From: a virus
DNA length: 64,000 nt
Virus record (IMG/VR): IMGVR_UViG_3300035670_000059
Coordinates: 49,733 to 113,732 of that record
Reading direction: 5' to 3' (one strand)
In this document: one piece after another, positions 19,651 through 29,630 of the stretch
Position numbering within the stretch: position 1 is the stretch's first letter
Layout of the letters: each line of letters opens with the position of its first letter
Notes under the pieces: model-generated
What the model was told of the DNA's origin: nothing
The model's database searches: none
Seen by the model: the letters and a program-made list of their open reading frames with translations, nothing else
Program-made: the position numbers and the translations under genes

Positions 19651-21567
19651 ATGATACAAGATAAAATATTCTTTGACGAAAAAGACCCAACCGGTGTTTC
19701 CTACAACACCCCATTCACCGTTTACGGAAGCTACGAGGGTAGATTGTGGAGTAAAACCCCAAGTGGTACTATAAAATACTACACACAAAACAGTGATTTA
19801 TCTGTTTATGCTACAACAGGTTCAAATTCCTTTAACGGAAACCAAACCGTAACTGGTTCTTTAACAGTAACAGGAGGAATAACGGGATCCGCTACAACTG
19901 CTTCTTACGTTGAATATACTAGTGTAGCAAATAAACCTTCACTTGTATCAAGTTCGGCTCAAATTGTTGGGTATAACGTATTTGCTACTACCGGTTCCAA
20001 TCAATTTAACGGAAGTCAAGCTGTAACAGGGTCTTTAACGGTAACAGGGCAGGTAGTTGCTCAAACATTGAATGTACAACAGGTAACCTCTAGCATTGTG
20101 TATTCTAGTGGAAGCAATATATTTGGAAATAGTGTATCCAACACACAACAGTTTACTGGTAGTGTGTCTGTGACTGGGAGTTTGACAGTGAATGGAGCAG
20201 GTACATTTTCTAGCGCAGTTACATCTAATTCCTTTATCTCTGATGGAACTGCAAATGAAGGCGTAATACGAATTGAACGTGACACTGTAAGTACTAACAC
20301 AGTTATTGGAGCTTTAAACTTTACAAACAATAATGGCTCTACAGTTTATGGTAGAGTTCGTGGGGGTAGAAATTCTGCTGGAGACGGATATGCAAGTTTA
20401 GGTACAGGTGTTGGGGATAATTTATATGCAATAGAAGGTGGTAGTGTGGGTATAGGCACGGCTAGTCCTGAAACATTAAGCAACAATACTACTTTGCAAA
20501 TTGATGGGACAAACCATTCATTTGTAAGAACTGGAAATTCAAGTTATGGGGGATATTTTGCTACAATCCCAACTGCTGAAGTTTTATGCATCGCCAATGT
20601 TCGAAACCCAGTTACAGGTACTTACAACAATACTGGAAAAGCCGCTAGCGGGATAAATTTATTTTCTGAAAGTTCAAATGGTTATATTACTTTTCTTACT
20701 ACTGCAACAAATAATAGTGGTCCAAGCGAACGCATGCGCATCACCTCAGGTGGCAATGTTGGTATAGGAATTACAAACCCAACAGCACAACTATCATTAA
20801 AAAACCAAATTTCAAATGGTTCAACCCCTGTTTCATCTTATGCTGCAACAAATGGGGTTGATGGGCAAAATTTCTTTAATGGATATTATGCTGTAAATAG
20901 TGATGGTTTAGGACCATATCCAAGATATTTTGATATTGTTTCAACTGGCTCTCCTGATGGTTCAAACGGTGGTAGTAACATTAGATTCTTTACAAATCCA
21001 ATTACAAATAATTCACCAGCAGTAGAACGCATGCGTATCACCTCAGGTGGTGTTGTTAGAATAACCAGCTTTACAACTAATGGTTTAGTTGGCACAGATT
21101 CATCAGGAAATTTAGGTGTTGTAATTTCAGAATACACTGAAATTGCCACAGGAACAATAACTTACTCAATGAACTCTGGTTCTCCTTGGGCAATTAATAA
21201 TTCATTCCCTGCTACTATCAGAAACTATGAGGATGATGGGATGGCAGGTTCAGGAGGTGTAGATACTAACCTTAACTTAGGTAGAGGAGTAACATTTGAT
21301 TTAGGTTCAGCAAAAACAGTGAGAAAAATAGTTGAAAGAGGGTATCCTACAAAAAATCTAAACCAAATTATTGTTCAATATTCAACAGATAATTCAAATT
21401 GGACTGACATATACGTTTATAATCATGTTTATGGTAATACACAGAAGGATATGGAATTTAATCCAACAGGAGCAATTTCTGCTAGATATTGGAGATGGTT
21501 TATACATAGCTGGTCAGAAAGAGAAGTACAAAACTACTATACATACGAATCAATAATTTATACATAA
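19651..21567 (+). CDS. Tail fibre ending in a discoidin/F5-8 type C-like carbohydrate-binding domain
   Basis: Shared core block; C-term VTFDLGSAKTV..QYSTDNSNWT..ARYWR; no S74 domain. Confidence 0.75.
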   Translation: MIQDKIFFDEKDPTGVSYNTPFTVYGSYEGRLWSKTPSGTIKYYTQNSDLSVYATTGSNSFNGNQTVTGSLTVTGGITGSATTASYVEYTSVANKPSLVSSSAQIVGYNVFATTGSNQFNGSQAVTGSLTVTGQVVAQTLNVQQVTSSIVYSSGSNIFGNSVSNTQQFTGSVSVTGSLTVNGAGTFSSAVTSNSFISDGTANEGVIRIERDTVSTNTVIGALNFTNNNGSTVYGRVRGGRNSAGDGYASLGTGVGDNLYAIEGGSVGIGTASPETLSNNTTLQIDGTNHSFVRTGNSSYGGYFATIPTAEVLCIANVRNPVTGTYNNTGKAASGINLFSESSNGYITFLTTATNNSGPSERMRITSGGNVGIGITNPTAQLSLKNQISNGSTPVSSYAATNGVDGQNFFNGYYAVNSDGLGPYPRYFDIVSTGSPDGSNGGSNIRFFTNPITNNSPAVERMRITSGGVVRITSFTTNGLVGTDSSGNLGVVISEYTEIATGTITYSMNSGSPWAINNSFPATIRNYEDDGMAGSGGVDTNLNLGRGVTFDLGSAKTVRKIVERGYPTKNLNQIIVQYSTDNSNWTDIYVYNHVYGNTQKDMEFNPTGAISARYWRWFIHSWSEREVQNYYTYESIIYT

Positions 21568-21568
21568 T

Positions 21569-21880
21569 ATGAGAACTACTTATTGGAAAATAAACAAACT
21601 TGAAGTAATACCCGAAGAAGGTAGCTTAACAGAAGTAATACAATATGCATATTATCAAAGAATTGTTGAAGAAGGACAGTATTCTACTTTTATAGAAGGT
21701 AAGATGTTGTTCCCTACTCCCGAAAGTTCAAATTTTATACCTTATGCAGATATTACTGAAGCTGATATTATATCTTGGATTTTACCTAATATGAATTTAG
21801 AAGAAGTTGATTTATTTTTAAATCAAAAATTAGATAGCATTATATCAGAAAGTGCTTATTTTCCCCCTTTACCATTTTAA
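21569..21880 (+). CDS. Tail-fibre-associated small protein (paralog of 14569)
   Basis: YWKI..LEV.P..GSLTEVI..FIPYADIT..IISW..PLPF. Confidence 0.65.
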   Translation: MRTTYWKINKLEVIPEEGSLTEVIQYAYYQRIVEEGQYSTFIEGKMLFPTPESSNFIPYADITEADIISWILPNMNLEEVDLFLNQKLDSIISESAYFPPLPF

Positions 21881-21929
21881 AATTTTTATATTTATAACAC
21901 GAATACCCACCTACCCAATACATTAACAA

Positions 21930-24083
21930 ATGCTAATACATAACGCAGAAGTAACCGGATCGTTAAACATAAACAATGTTCCATTTAATAGCGGCTCTTT
22001 TAGCGGCTCGTTTCAAGGAGATGGTTCTCAATTATCCGGTGTAACAGGGGCAACAACTGCCTCGTACGTTGAATATAGCAATGTTGGAAATAAGCCCGCG
22101 TTAGTATCGGGCTCCTCTCAAATTATATATAGTGGATTATCTGGTATCCCGAGTGGGATAGTATCAAGTTCCGCTCAAATTGAAGGGTATGGTATATTTG
22201 CCACTACGGGTTCAAATTCATTTAACGGTTCTCAAACTGTAACTGGTTCTTTGACCGTGACCGGTCAAGTTGTTGCACAAACTTTGAATGTACAACAGGT
22301 AACTTCTAGTATAGTATATTCAAGTGGAAGTAACGTGTTTGGAAATAGTTTAGCGAATACACAACAGTTTACTGGAAGTGTATCTGTGACAGGGAGTTTA
22401 GCGGTAAATGGAGCTGGTACATTTGCAAGTAGTGTTGGGATTAATGGAAGTCCTGGAACTTCTTTTCCATTAGAAGCATACATAAACAATTCAACTGCTT
22501 ACTCTTCAACATCAAGAGGAAACGTATTTCGTGTTTACAATAGCAATACGGGCGCAAATATTTTTGCAGGAATTGAATTAGGGGGTGCAGGAAGTGCTAA
22601 TGATGGATTAGCAGGATTGAATGCAATAGTAACTGGAAATGGCAGTGCTGCCTTAACTTTTTACACAAGAGATTCCAATACATTTGCCGAACGCATACGT
22701 CTCACTTCCGGAGGTAATGTCGGTATAGGTACTAATAGTCCTGTTGGAGGAGGTGGTGCCTCGGATAGAACATTGGGTATAAATGCCGCAACAGGTGCTG
22801 CTACATTTGTAACAGGAATGATAAACGGTACACGATATAGTACCTTATTTACTGCTGCCGATAGTGTTGTTTTAGAAACTAATGCAGCTATACCTTTAGC
22901 ATTTAATACCAACTCAACCGAACGCATGCGTATCACCTCAGGTGGGGATGTTTTTATAAACAATTCATCTGGAGTAACATTAAATAGTTTAACAAATAAA
23001 CTAAGCGTTTCATCTACTACTTATAATTTATTTGATATTTCAAGATTTTCCGATAATGCTTTTGGTCCAAACTTTTACCTTGTTAAATCAAGAAATGGTA
23101 GTATTGGTGGAAATACAATTGTTGCAAATGGAGATAATTTAGGTAATATAAATTGGGTAGGAGCAAACGGAACAGGATTTACTGATGCTGCAAGTATTAA
23201 AGCAGAGGTTGATGGTGGCCCTGGAGCAAGTGATATGCCAGGTAGATTAGTATTTTCTACTACAGCTGATGGTGCTACTAGTGTTACCGAACGCATGCGC
23301 ATCACCTCAGGTGGTAATATTGGTATAAGTACAAATTCTCCTTTGGGCAGTTCTGTTGAAAGAACAATTCATTTAAGTGATGGAGGTGGAGGTTATGCTA
23401 CGGTATATGTTACTAATAGCGCAAATACTGTTAGGTCTATTTTTGGCATGCAAAGTGCTCAAAATTTAGTAGTAGTAGGGAGTCAAACAAATACTCCTGT
23501 TGCTATATACACTAACGATACCGAACGAATGCGCATCACCTCAGGTGGTAATGTTGGTATAGGCACTAATAACCCAGGGAAAAGACTAGATGTTAGGGCT
23601 AGTGCTGCAGGAGAAGTCGCAATAATTTCAAATGAAAGAAATAGCACCGGAGATTATGCCCTTGTTACTTCTTTAGGGTCAAATTGCAATAATACTTCTG
23701 CATATCATTACATAGCCGCTACAGGTGGAGCAGATCGATTATATATTTATGGAAATGGAAATGTAGTAAATATAAATGGTTCTTATGGTACTCTATCAGA
23801 TATTTCATTAAAGGAAAATATTGTAGATGCTACACCAAAACTTGCTGATTTGCTACAATTAAAAGTTAGAAACTTTAATTTAATTGGTAGTGAGGAAAAA
23901 CAAATTGGTTTTATAGCCCAAGAATTTGAGAAAATATTTCCTAAAATGGTAGATATTGATGGTAAAAATGGGATGAAAACTATTAAAACATCTGTTTTAG
24001 TACCTATGTTAGTTAAAGCCATCCAAGAACTCTCAGCAAAAGTAGAAACATTAGAAGCTGAAATACAAACACTAAAACAATAA
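21930..24083 (+). CDS. Tail fibre with S74 chaperone
   Basis: LSDISLKENI..IGFIAQEFE..LVPMLVKAIQE. Confidence 0.88.
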   Translation: MLIHNAEVTGSLNINNVPFNSGSFSGSFQGDGSQLSGVTGATTASYVEYSNVGNKPALVSGSSQIIYSGLSGIPSGIVSSSAQIEGYGIFATTGSNSFNGSQTVTGSLTVTGQVVAQTLNVQQVTSSIVYSSGSNVFGNSLANTQQFTGSVSVTGSLAVNGAGTFASSVGINGSPGTSFPLEAYINNSTAYSSTSRGNVFRVYNSNTGANIFAGIELGGAGSANDGLAGLNAIVTGNGSAALTFYTRDSNTFAERIRLTSGGNVGIGTNSPVGGGGASDRTLGINAATGAATFVTGMINGTRYSTLFTAADSVVLETNAAIPLAFNTNSTERMRITSGGDVFINNSSGVTLNSLTNKLSVSSTTYNLFDISRFSDNAFGPNFYLVKSRNGSIGGNTIVANGDNLGNINWVGANGTGFTDAASIKAEVDGGPGASDMPGRLVFSTTADGATSVTERMRITSGGNIGISTNSPLGSSVERTIHLSDGGGGYATVYVTNSANTVRSIFGMQSAQNLVVVGSQTNTPVAIYTNDTERMRITSGGNVGIGTNNPGKRLDVRASAAGEVAIISNERNSTGDYALVTSLGSNCNNTSAYHYIAATGGADRLYIYGNGNVVNINGSYGTLSDISLKENIVDATPKLADLLQLKVRNFNLIGSEEKQIGFIAQEFEKIFPKMVDIDGKNGMKTIKTSVLVPMLVKAIQELSAKVETLEAEIQTLKQ

Positions 24084-24175
24084 CCCAATATTTATAACCA
24101 TACAAGTTTAAAATTATTTGGAAATCCAAACTATATTTCATATATTAACCAACAAAACTAAATTTTAAATCGTTT

Positions 24176-24634
24176 ATGCAAAACACAACGTTACAATTAG
24201 GACAAATTTTACAATTAGAAACCGAAGTAAATGGAGTAGTAAACACTCAAACTGGCGAAGTTGTTTCTAAAGGCCTCATGAAGGAAGTCCTCAAATTCAA
24301 AACCAAATACTGGCTAATGCAATTGTCCGATGATTTGGTAGAAGAAAAAAAGAAAATCGAAGCTGTTCGAGACCAACTGGTTAAAGAATTAGGTCAAGAA
24401 GATGAAACGGGAGCAATTTCCCTACCCGTGTTCATCAATGAAGTACAGGATGAAGAAGGTAAACTAGTTTCTAGAGAAGTTAACCCAAAGTTCCTCGACT
24501 TTCAAGAAAAATTCAATGAGCTATTAGCCGAAACTAAAGAACTTTCCCACGGTAAATTTTTACTAGAGGATTTCGAACTTGTAGAATCTGCTGAAGTATA
24601 TCCTGTATTTTTCAAGCTAATTTCTGCTGAATAA
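24176..24634 (+). CDS. Hypothetical helical protein
   Basis: Intact ORF preceded by a TTTG-N20-TATATTAA promoter. Confidence 0.6.
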   Translation: MQNTTLQLGQILQLETEVNGVVNTQTGEVVSKGLMKEVLKFKTKYWLMQLSDDLVEEKKKIEAVRDQLVKELGQEDETGAISLPVFINEVQDEEGKLVSREVNPKFLDFQEKFNELLAETKELSHGKFLLEDFELVESAEVYPVFFKLISAE

Positions 24635-24635
24635 C

Positions 24636-24887
24636 ATGGAAAAAATCCAATTAGCTCCTGAGGAGCTATCTAAGTTGCAAGATTTAAACAATAAAGTAGC
24701 AGATATTGTAGCATCTCTAGGTCAAATAGAAATACAAACATCTCTTCTGCAAGAAAACAAAAAATCTCTATTGGCTAGTTTTTCCCAAATCCAACAGGAT
24801 CAAGATCAACTAGCCCAAGAGCTAACCCAAAAATATGGGGATGGTACAATAGACATGACTTCCGGAGAATTTACTAAGGCAGGATAG
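24636..24887 (+). CDS. Small coiled-coil protein
   Basis: Q/L heptads, C-term KYGDGTID..GEF. Confidence 0.6.
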   Translation: MEKIQLAPEELSKLQDLNNKVADIVASLGQIEIQTSLLQENKKSLLASFSQIQQDQDQLAQELTQKYGDGTIDMTSGEFTKAG

Positions 24888-24943
24888 TTTTTTGAAAGGG
24901 TTTCTCATATTTATAACAAAACAATATAAAATAACTTAATAAA

Positions 24944-26668
24944 ATGGCCGAAACCTTACTTTCCCCCGGAGTACTAGCAAGAGAGAACGATCAATCTTTT
25001 ATACAAGGTCAGCCACTTGAAAGAGGAGCAGCTATAATTGGACCCGCAGCAAAAGGACCAGTTGAAATCCCAACACTAGTAGGTTCGTTCAGCGAATATA
25101 CTGCTATTTTTGGTGGTGCTATTGAAAGTGGATCTAACGTATATTCTTACCTTACCTCAATTGCCGCTAACAACTATTTCCAAAATGGTGGTACTTCTTT
25201 ACTAGTAACTAGAGTAGTCTCTGGTTCTTTTACCTCCGCAACTAGCTCATTGATACCAACAGGATCAGGTGGTCCTGATACTGGTGTATCCCCATTTGTA
25301 CTTGAAACAATTTCTGAAGGTATTATTATGAATAATACTGGTACTGAAATTTCAGGTTCATTACCTTCAGGTTCAAGCGATAACGTTAGATGGGAAATCC
25401 CAACTGTTAACACTGCTTCTGGAACATTTAGCTTATTAATCCGAAGAGGAGATGACAATAACGTACAAAAAATAGTATTAGAATCTTACAACAACTTATC
25501 ACTAGATCCATACGCTTCTAATTATATTTCTAAAGTAATAGGTGATGTGAATTTTAACTTAACTAGTGATAGTGGTGATTATTTTATCCAACAAACTGGC
25601 TCTTACAGTAACCTTTCTCGATACGTAAGAGTAAAACAAGTAAACTTCAATACTCCAAAATATTTTGACAACAACGGTAATGCAAAACCTGCTTTCACAG
25701 GATCTTTACCAGCTGTAAGTTCAGGTTCATTTGGTTCTGCTGTTGGATCTAACATCCCAGTAGGCAGAACAGCTAATTTCTATAACAATGTTAATGCAAC
25801 TGATAGCCAAGGATTAATAGGTAGTAACTACAATAATGCAATTGCATTGTTATCAAATGTAGATGAATACAAATACAATGTAATATCTATTCCTGGCCTA
25901 TTAGCTTCTGCCCACGCTACTCAAACCACAGCTTTAGTAAATAATACAATTGGAAGAGGTGATTCTATTGCAATTATAGACTTAGTACCATATGCTTCAC
26001 AAGTAAATACAGTAATAAACCAAGCATCTGGATTTGATTCTAGCTATGCTGCTACATACTGGCCTTGGTTACAAACTATTGATCCTAACACAGGTGAGGC
26101 AGTTTGGGTACCAGCTTCAACAATGATCCCGGGTGTATACGCGTTTACAGATGCTTCAAGTGATCCATGGTTTGCTCCTGCAGGTATTACTCGCGGCGCA
26201 TTAGGTCAAGTAATCAGAGCTGAAAGAAAATTAACAGCTGGAAATAGAGACGAAATATACGAAGCAAATGTTAACCCAATTGCTACATTCCCTGGAAGTG
26301 GAGTAACAGTATTTGGTCAGAAAACACTTCAGAAACGTGCTTCTGCACTTGATAGAGTAAACGTAAGAAGATTGTTAATTGCTCTTAAGAGCTTTATCGG
26401 TCAAGTAGCAGAAGGATTGGTATTCGAACAAAATACGGCCGCTACTAGAAACAACTTCTTAAGCCAAGTAAATCCATACTTAGAATCTGTACAACAAAGA
26501 CAAGGTTTGTATGCGTTTAAAGTAGTAATGGATGAAACCAACAACACACCTGATGTAGTAGATAGAAACGAGCTAGTAGGTCAAATATTCTTACAACCAA
26601 CTCGTACTGCTGAATTCATTGTGTTGGATTTCAACGTGTTGCCAACTGGTGCAGTTTTCCCTGCATAA
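24944..26668 (+). CDS. Tail sheath protein (gp18-like)
   Basis: LSPGVLAREND, WFAPAG..RG, VNPI..FPG, GQKTLQ, DRVNVRRL, FEQN, QPTRTAEFI. Confidence 0.96.
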   Translation: MAETLLSPGVLARENDQSFIQGQPLERGAAIIGPAAKGPVEIPTLVGSFSEYTAIFGGAIESGSNVYSYLTSIAANNYFQNGGTSLLVTRVVSGSFTSATSSLIPTGSGGPDTGVSPFVLETISEGIIMNNTGTEISGSLPSGSSDNVRWEIPTVNTASGTFSLLIRRGDDNNVQKIVLESYNNLSLDPYASNYISKVIGDVNFNLTSDSGDYFIQQTGSYSNLSRYVRVKQVNFNTPKYFDNNGNAKPAFTGSLPAVSSGSFGSAVGSNIPVGRTANFYNNVNATDSQGLIGSNYNNAIALLSNVDEYKYNVISIPGLLASAHATQTTALVNNTIGRGDSIAIIDLVPYASQVNTVINQASGFDSSYAATYWPWLQTIDPNTGEAVWVPASTMIPGVYAFTDASSDPWFAPAGITRGALGQVIRAERKLTAGNRDEIYEANVNPIATFPGSGVTVFGQKTLQKRASALDRVNVRRLLIALKSFIGQVAEGLVFEQNTAATRNNFLSQVNPYLESVQQRQGLYAFKVVMDETNNTPDVVDRNELVGQIFLQPTRTAEFIVLDFNVLPTGAVFPA

Positions 26669-26712
26669 GGAGTTAAAATTAGATATTTATAATAAAATAA
26701 AGCACATATAAA

Positions 26713-27201
26713 ATGGCAGTATTAGATCCAAACGAAATATTCTTCACAGCTTTTGAACCAAAGCAGGCGAATAGATTTATAATGTATATAGATGGCATCC
26801 CCTCCTATACCGTAAAAGGTATGGGAGCGGTAACATTATCTCAAGGAACAGTAGCTCTTAACCACATTAACGTTCAACGTTTTGTTAAGGGTAAATCTAC
26901 TTGGGGTCCAATTCAATTCACCCTATTTGATCCAATCACTCCTTCTGGAGCACAAGCTGTAATGGAGTGGGTTAGATTACACCACGAATCTGTAACTGGT
27001 AGAGATGGATACTCTGATTTCTACAAGAAAGATCTAACATTCAACGTGTTAGGCCCAGTAGGGGATGTAGTATCTGAGTGGATTATCAAGGGTGCTTTAA
27101 TTACTGAAGCTAACTTTGGTGAATATGGTTGGGATACAGAAAATACAGCTATCAACTTAACAATGACTGTTCAACCAGATTACTGTGTATTGAACTTTTA
27201 A
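26713..27201 (+). CDS. Tail tube protein (gp19-like)
   Basis: FEPKQANRF, YKKD..LGPVGDVV.EW.IKGA; directly after sheath. Confidence 0.9.
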   Translation: MAVLDPNEIFFTAFEPKQANRFIMYIDGIPSYTVKGMGAVTLSQGTVALNHINVQRFVKGKSTWGPIQFTLFDPITPSGAQAVMEWVRLHHESVTGRDGYSDFYKKDLTFNVLGPVGDVVSEWIIKGALITEANFGEYGWDTENTAINLTMTVQPDYCVLNF

Positions 27202-27225
27202 TTCAATTTTTTATATAAATTTTTT

Positions 27226-27256
27226 AACCTACCCTATTACTAGGGTAGGTTTTTTT
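27226..27256 (+). terminator. Intrinsic terminator after tube gene
   Basis: AACCTACCCTA-TTAC-TAGGGTAGGTT plus T run. Confidence 0.88.
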
Positions 27257-27280
27257 ATATATTTATAACAAAATAATAAC

Positions 27281-27526
27281 ATGAGTCTGGAGCAAAAGCC
27301 ACCTGTAAGAATTAGTGTAGATGATGAGGATGGGCTAGTTAAACAAGCTACTTTTTCAGCATTTAGTCCTAAATCTCGAGTAAAGTATCTTAATACCATG
27401 CTCCCCTTTCCAACAAGAATACCTTCTTCAATATTTTCTCCTGTTGCTAATTCTGGAGCCAACCCACCACTCCCAGACTTACTTTATGTAGCAGCAGGAT
27501 ATGTTGAAGATGGATACGTACAATAA
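27281..27526 (+). CDS. Small hypothetical virion protein
   Basis: Follows ATATTTATA; C-term YVAAGYVEDGYV. Confidence 0.55.
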   Translation: MSLEQKPPVRISVDDEDGLVKQATFSAFSPKSRVKYLNTMLPFPTRIPSSIFSPVANSGANPPLPDLLYVAAGYVEDGYVQ

Positions 27527-27546
27527 AAAACTATAACTAAAATAAT

Positions 27547-29526
27547 ATGCCATTAGTATTAAGAAGTGAAAAAGGCTCGCAACTGACCTTTAACGAAATG
27601 GATGGAAACTTTACCTATTTGGAAGGTTTAGATCAAGATAAATTAACAACTAGCTCCTTTAATGCCACTACTGGTTCATTTGTAACCACTAGTTCATTTA
27701 ATGCTACTACTGGCTCATTCACAACAACCAGCTCATTTAACACTTTTTCCTCTAGCTATACTACTGGATCTTTTACTGGTTCTTTTATAGGAGACGGTAG
27801 TGGATTAACTGGTATACCAGGAGTAACTCCAATAGCTACTGGTTCATTTGCTACAACTGGTTCAAATATATTTGTTGGTAATCAAACAATAACAGGTTCA
27901 TTAATACTTTCTTCTTCTGTTGCTATAGAATTAACAGTAATAGGCAATTCTGTATTATCAGGTTCATTAACTATAAGCGGTTCAACTATTCAAAGTGGAA
28001 GCATAGATGTTAGTGGAAGTATTAATGCGGATGGATTTGAATTAGATGCAACTTCTACTTCAACTGTTCTCGCACTTAATAGTGAATTTAACCTAGATTT
28101 ATCTGGTTCCCAAACTCCAATAATTTACAAAACATTAGTATTAAATGATGGAAAGGTATTAGTTGCGGGAAGATTTGAGAGTATTAATGGACATACTACT
28201 AATGATATAGCAAGATTAAATTCAAATGGTTCAATAGATACTTCATTTACAGCAACAAATGTTGGTGGTGGATTTAGTGCAACATCACAATATATAAATA
28301 CCCTTGTAACCCAATCAGATGATAAAATAATTATAGTAGGAAGCTTTAGTTCAGTAGAGAGCAATTCAAGAACAGGAGTTGCTAGACTAAATACTAATGG
28401 TACAATAGATACTGGATTCTCAAACCCAGGATTTACTACTTTTTCCGAAGTTAGAGATGTTGCAATACAAAATGACGATAAAATAGTTGTTGTAGGTAGG
28501 TTTGATGGTGGTATAAAGAGATTAAACACTGATGGTACTATAGATGCTTCATTAAATGTACCGGATTCAACTGGATTTACTGATAACGCATTTTATTCAG
28601 TAGCACTACTACCTAGTGGTTCTGAAGAAGCTATATTGGTTGGTGGAGATTTTAATCAATGGAATACATCTGCGAATTATGATAAATTAGTTAAACTTAG
28701 TATAAGTGGATCGTTAGATACTGAATTTGCTGGGATTAATTTAGACCTATCAGGAAGTCTGGATGTTATTAAAAGAATAAAAATAGGTAGTGATAGTAAT
28801 ATCTATATTGCTGGTAAATTTAGAGATACTGGAGCAGATAGAAGTGCGGGGTTTGCAAGAGTACTTCTTACTGATGATTATGGAGATGGTATTGGTGCGC
28901 TTGATAGATTTTTTAGAACATATATAACAGGTTCATTTGTAAATGATTTTGATTTCTATGGCGAGGATAAAATATTATTAGGTGGTAGTTTTACTACTAT
29001 TGGAAATCCATCATTAAGTGTTACATCCGCTAATAGATTTGCAATAGTAAATCAAAGTAATGGTAATATTATAAGTGGATGGTTTGATTCGGGTAGTGCT
29101 TCTACCTATAATTTAAATGATGGTAGTGTTAACGCCGTTACACTTCTACCGAACGATAATGTATTGGTTGGGGGTACATTTACTAGTGCAAGTTTCCCTC
29201 TTACTGCAAGAGAAGGTTTAGCAAGTTTAAAATTAACCGGATATGGTGATGTAACAACCACATCTGATTATTCAATTACTGCAGATACGAATCAACTATT
29301 AATTAGTTCATCCAATACATACTTTAGTGGAAATGTTAATATTTCTGGAAGTATAACTGGAAGTTCACTTTTAGTAACCGGAAGCGCAAACATTAATGGC
29401 TTTACAGTATTGCCACAAGTATCTGCTTCTCTAAACTTTGCAGATGATACAGCAGCAGCATCTGGCGGAGTACCATTAGGTGGTTTATATAGAAGTGGAA
29501 GCTTTATACAAATTAGATTAGTGTAA
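27547..29526 (+). CDS. Virion appendage protein with delta-60/DUF5122-like beta-propeller repeats
   Basis: Repeated Q.D.KI.V.G.F...ARLN.NG.ID..F units; TGSF-rich stalk. Confidence 0.8.
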   Translation: MPLVLRSEKGSQLTFNEMDGNFTYLEGLDQDKLTTSSFNATTGSFVTTSSFNATTGSFTTTSSFNTFSSSYTTGSFTGSFIGDGSGLTGIPGVTPIATGSFATTGSNIFVGNQTITGSLILSSSVAIELTVIGNSVLSGSLTISGSTIQSGSIDVSGSINADGFELDATSTSTVLALNSEFNLDLSGSQTPIIYKTLVLNDGKVLVAGRFESINGHTTNDIARLNSNGSIDTSFTATNVGGGFSATSQYINTLVTQSDDKIIIVGSFSSVESNSRTGVARLNTNGTIDTGFSNPGFTTFSEVRDVAIQNDDKIVVVGRFDGGIKRLNTDGTIDASLNVPDSTGFTDNAFYSVALLPSGSEEAILVGGDFNQWNTSANYDKLVKLSISGSLDTEFAGINLDLSGSLDVIKRIKIGSDSNIYIAGKFRDTGADRSAGFARVLLTDDYGDGIGALDRFFRTYITGSFVNDFDFYGEDKILLGGSFTTIGNPSLSVTSANRFAIVNQSNGNIISGWFDSGSASTYNLNDGSVNAVTLLPNDNVLVGGTFTSASFPLTAREGLASLKLTGYGDVTTTSDYSITADTNQLLISSSNTYFSGNVNISGSITGSSLLVTGSANINGFTVLPQVSASLNFADDTAAASGGVPLGGLYRSGSFIQIRLV

Positions 29527-29557
29527 TACACAAATTTATACATAAATTAAGAAAAAT

Positions 29558-29581
29558 AGCTTGGCTTTTGTCAAGCTTTTT
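29558..29581 (+). terminator. Terminator hairpin overlapping a promoter -33 box
   Basis: AGCTTGGC-TTTT-GTCAAGCT-TTTT. Confidence 0.7.
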
Positions 29582-29630
29582 CTTATCTTCATATTTATCA
29601 TCGAACAAAAGTTATATTTAAAACAAGTAT

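Noticed and set aside
13032-23544. CRISPR array interpretation of the 16-mer
   Set aside because: Irregular spacing of hundreds to thousands of nt, inside coding frames; no cas genes
12333-24083. Diversity-generating retroelement or invertase shufflon behind fibre repeats
   Set aside because: No reverse transcriptase or invertase in the window; repeats are direct, and differences are synonymous rather than adenine-specific
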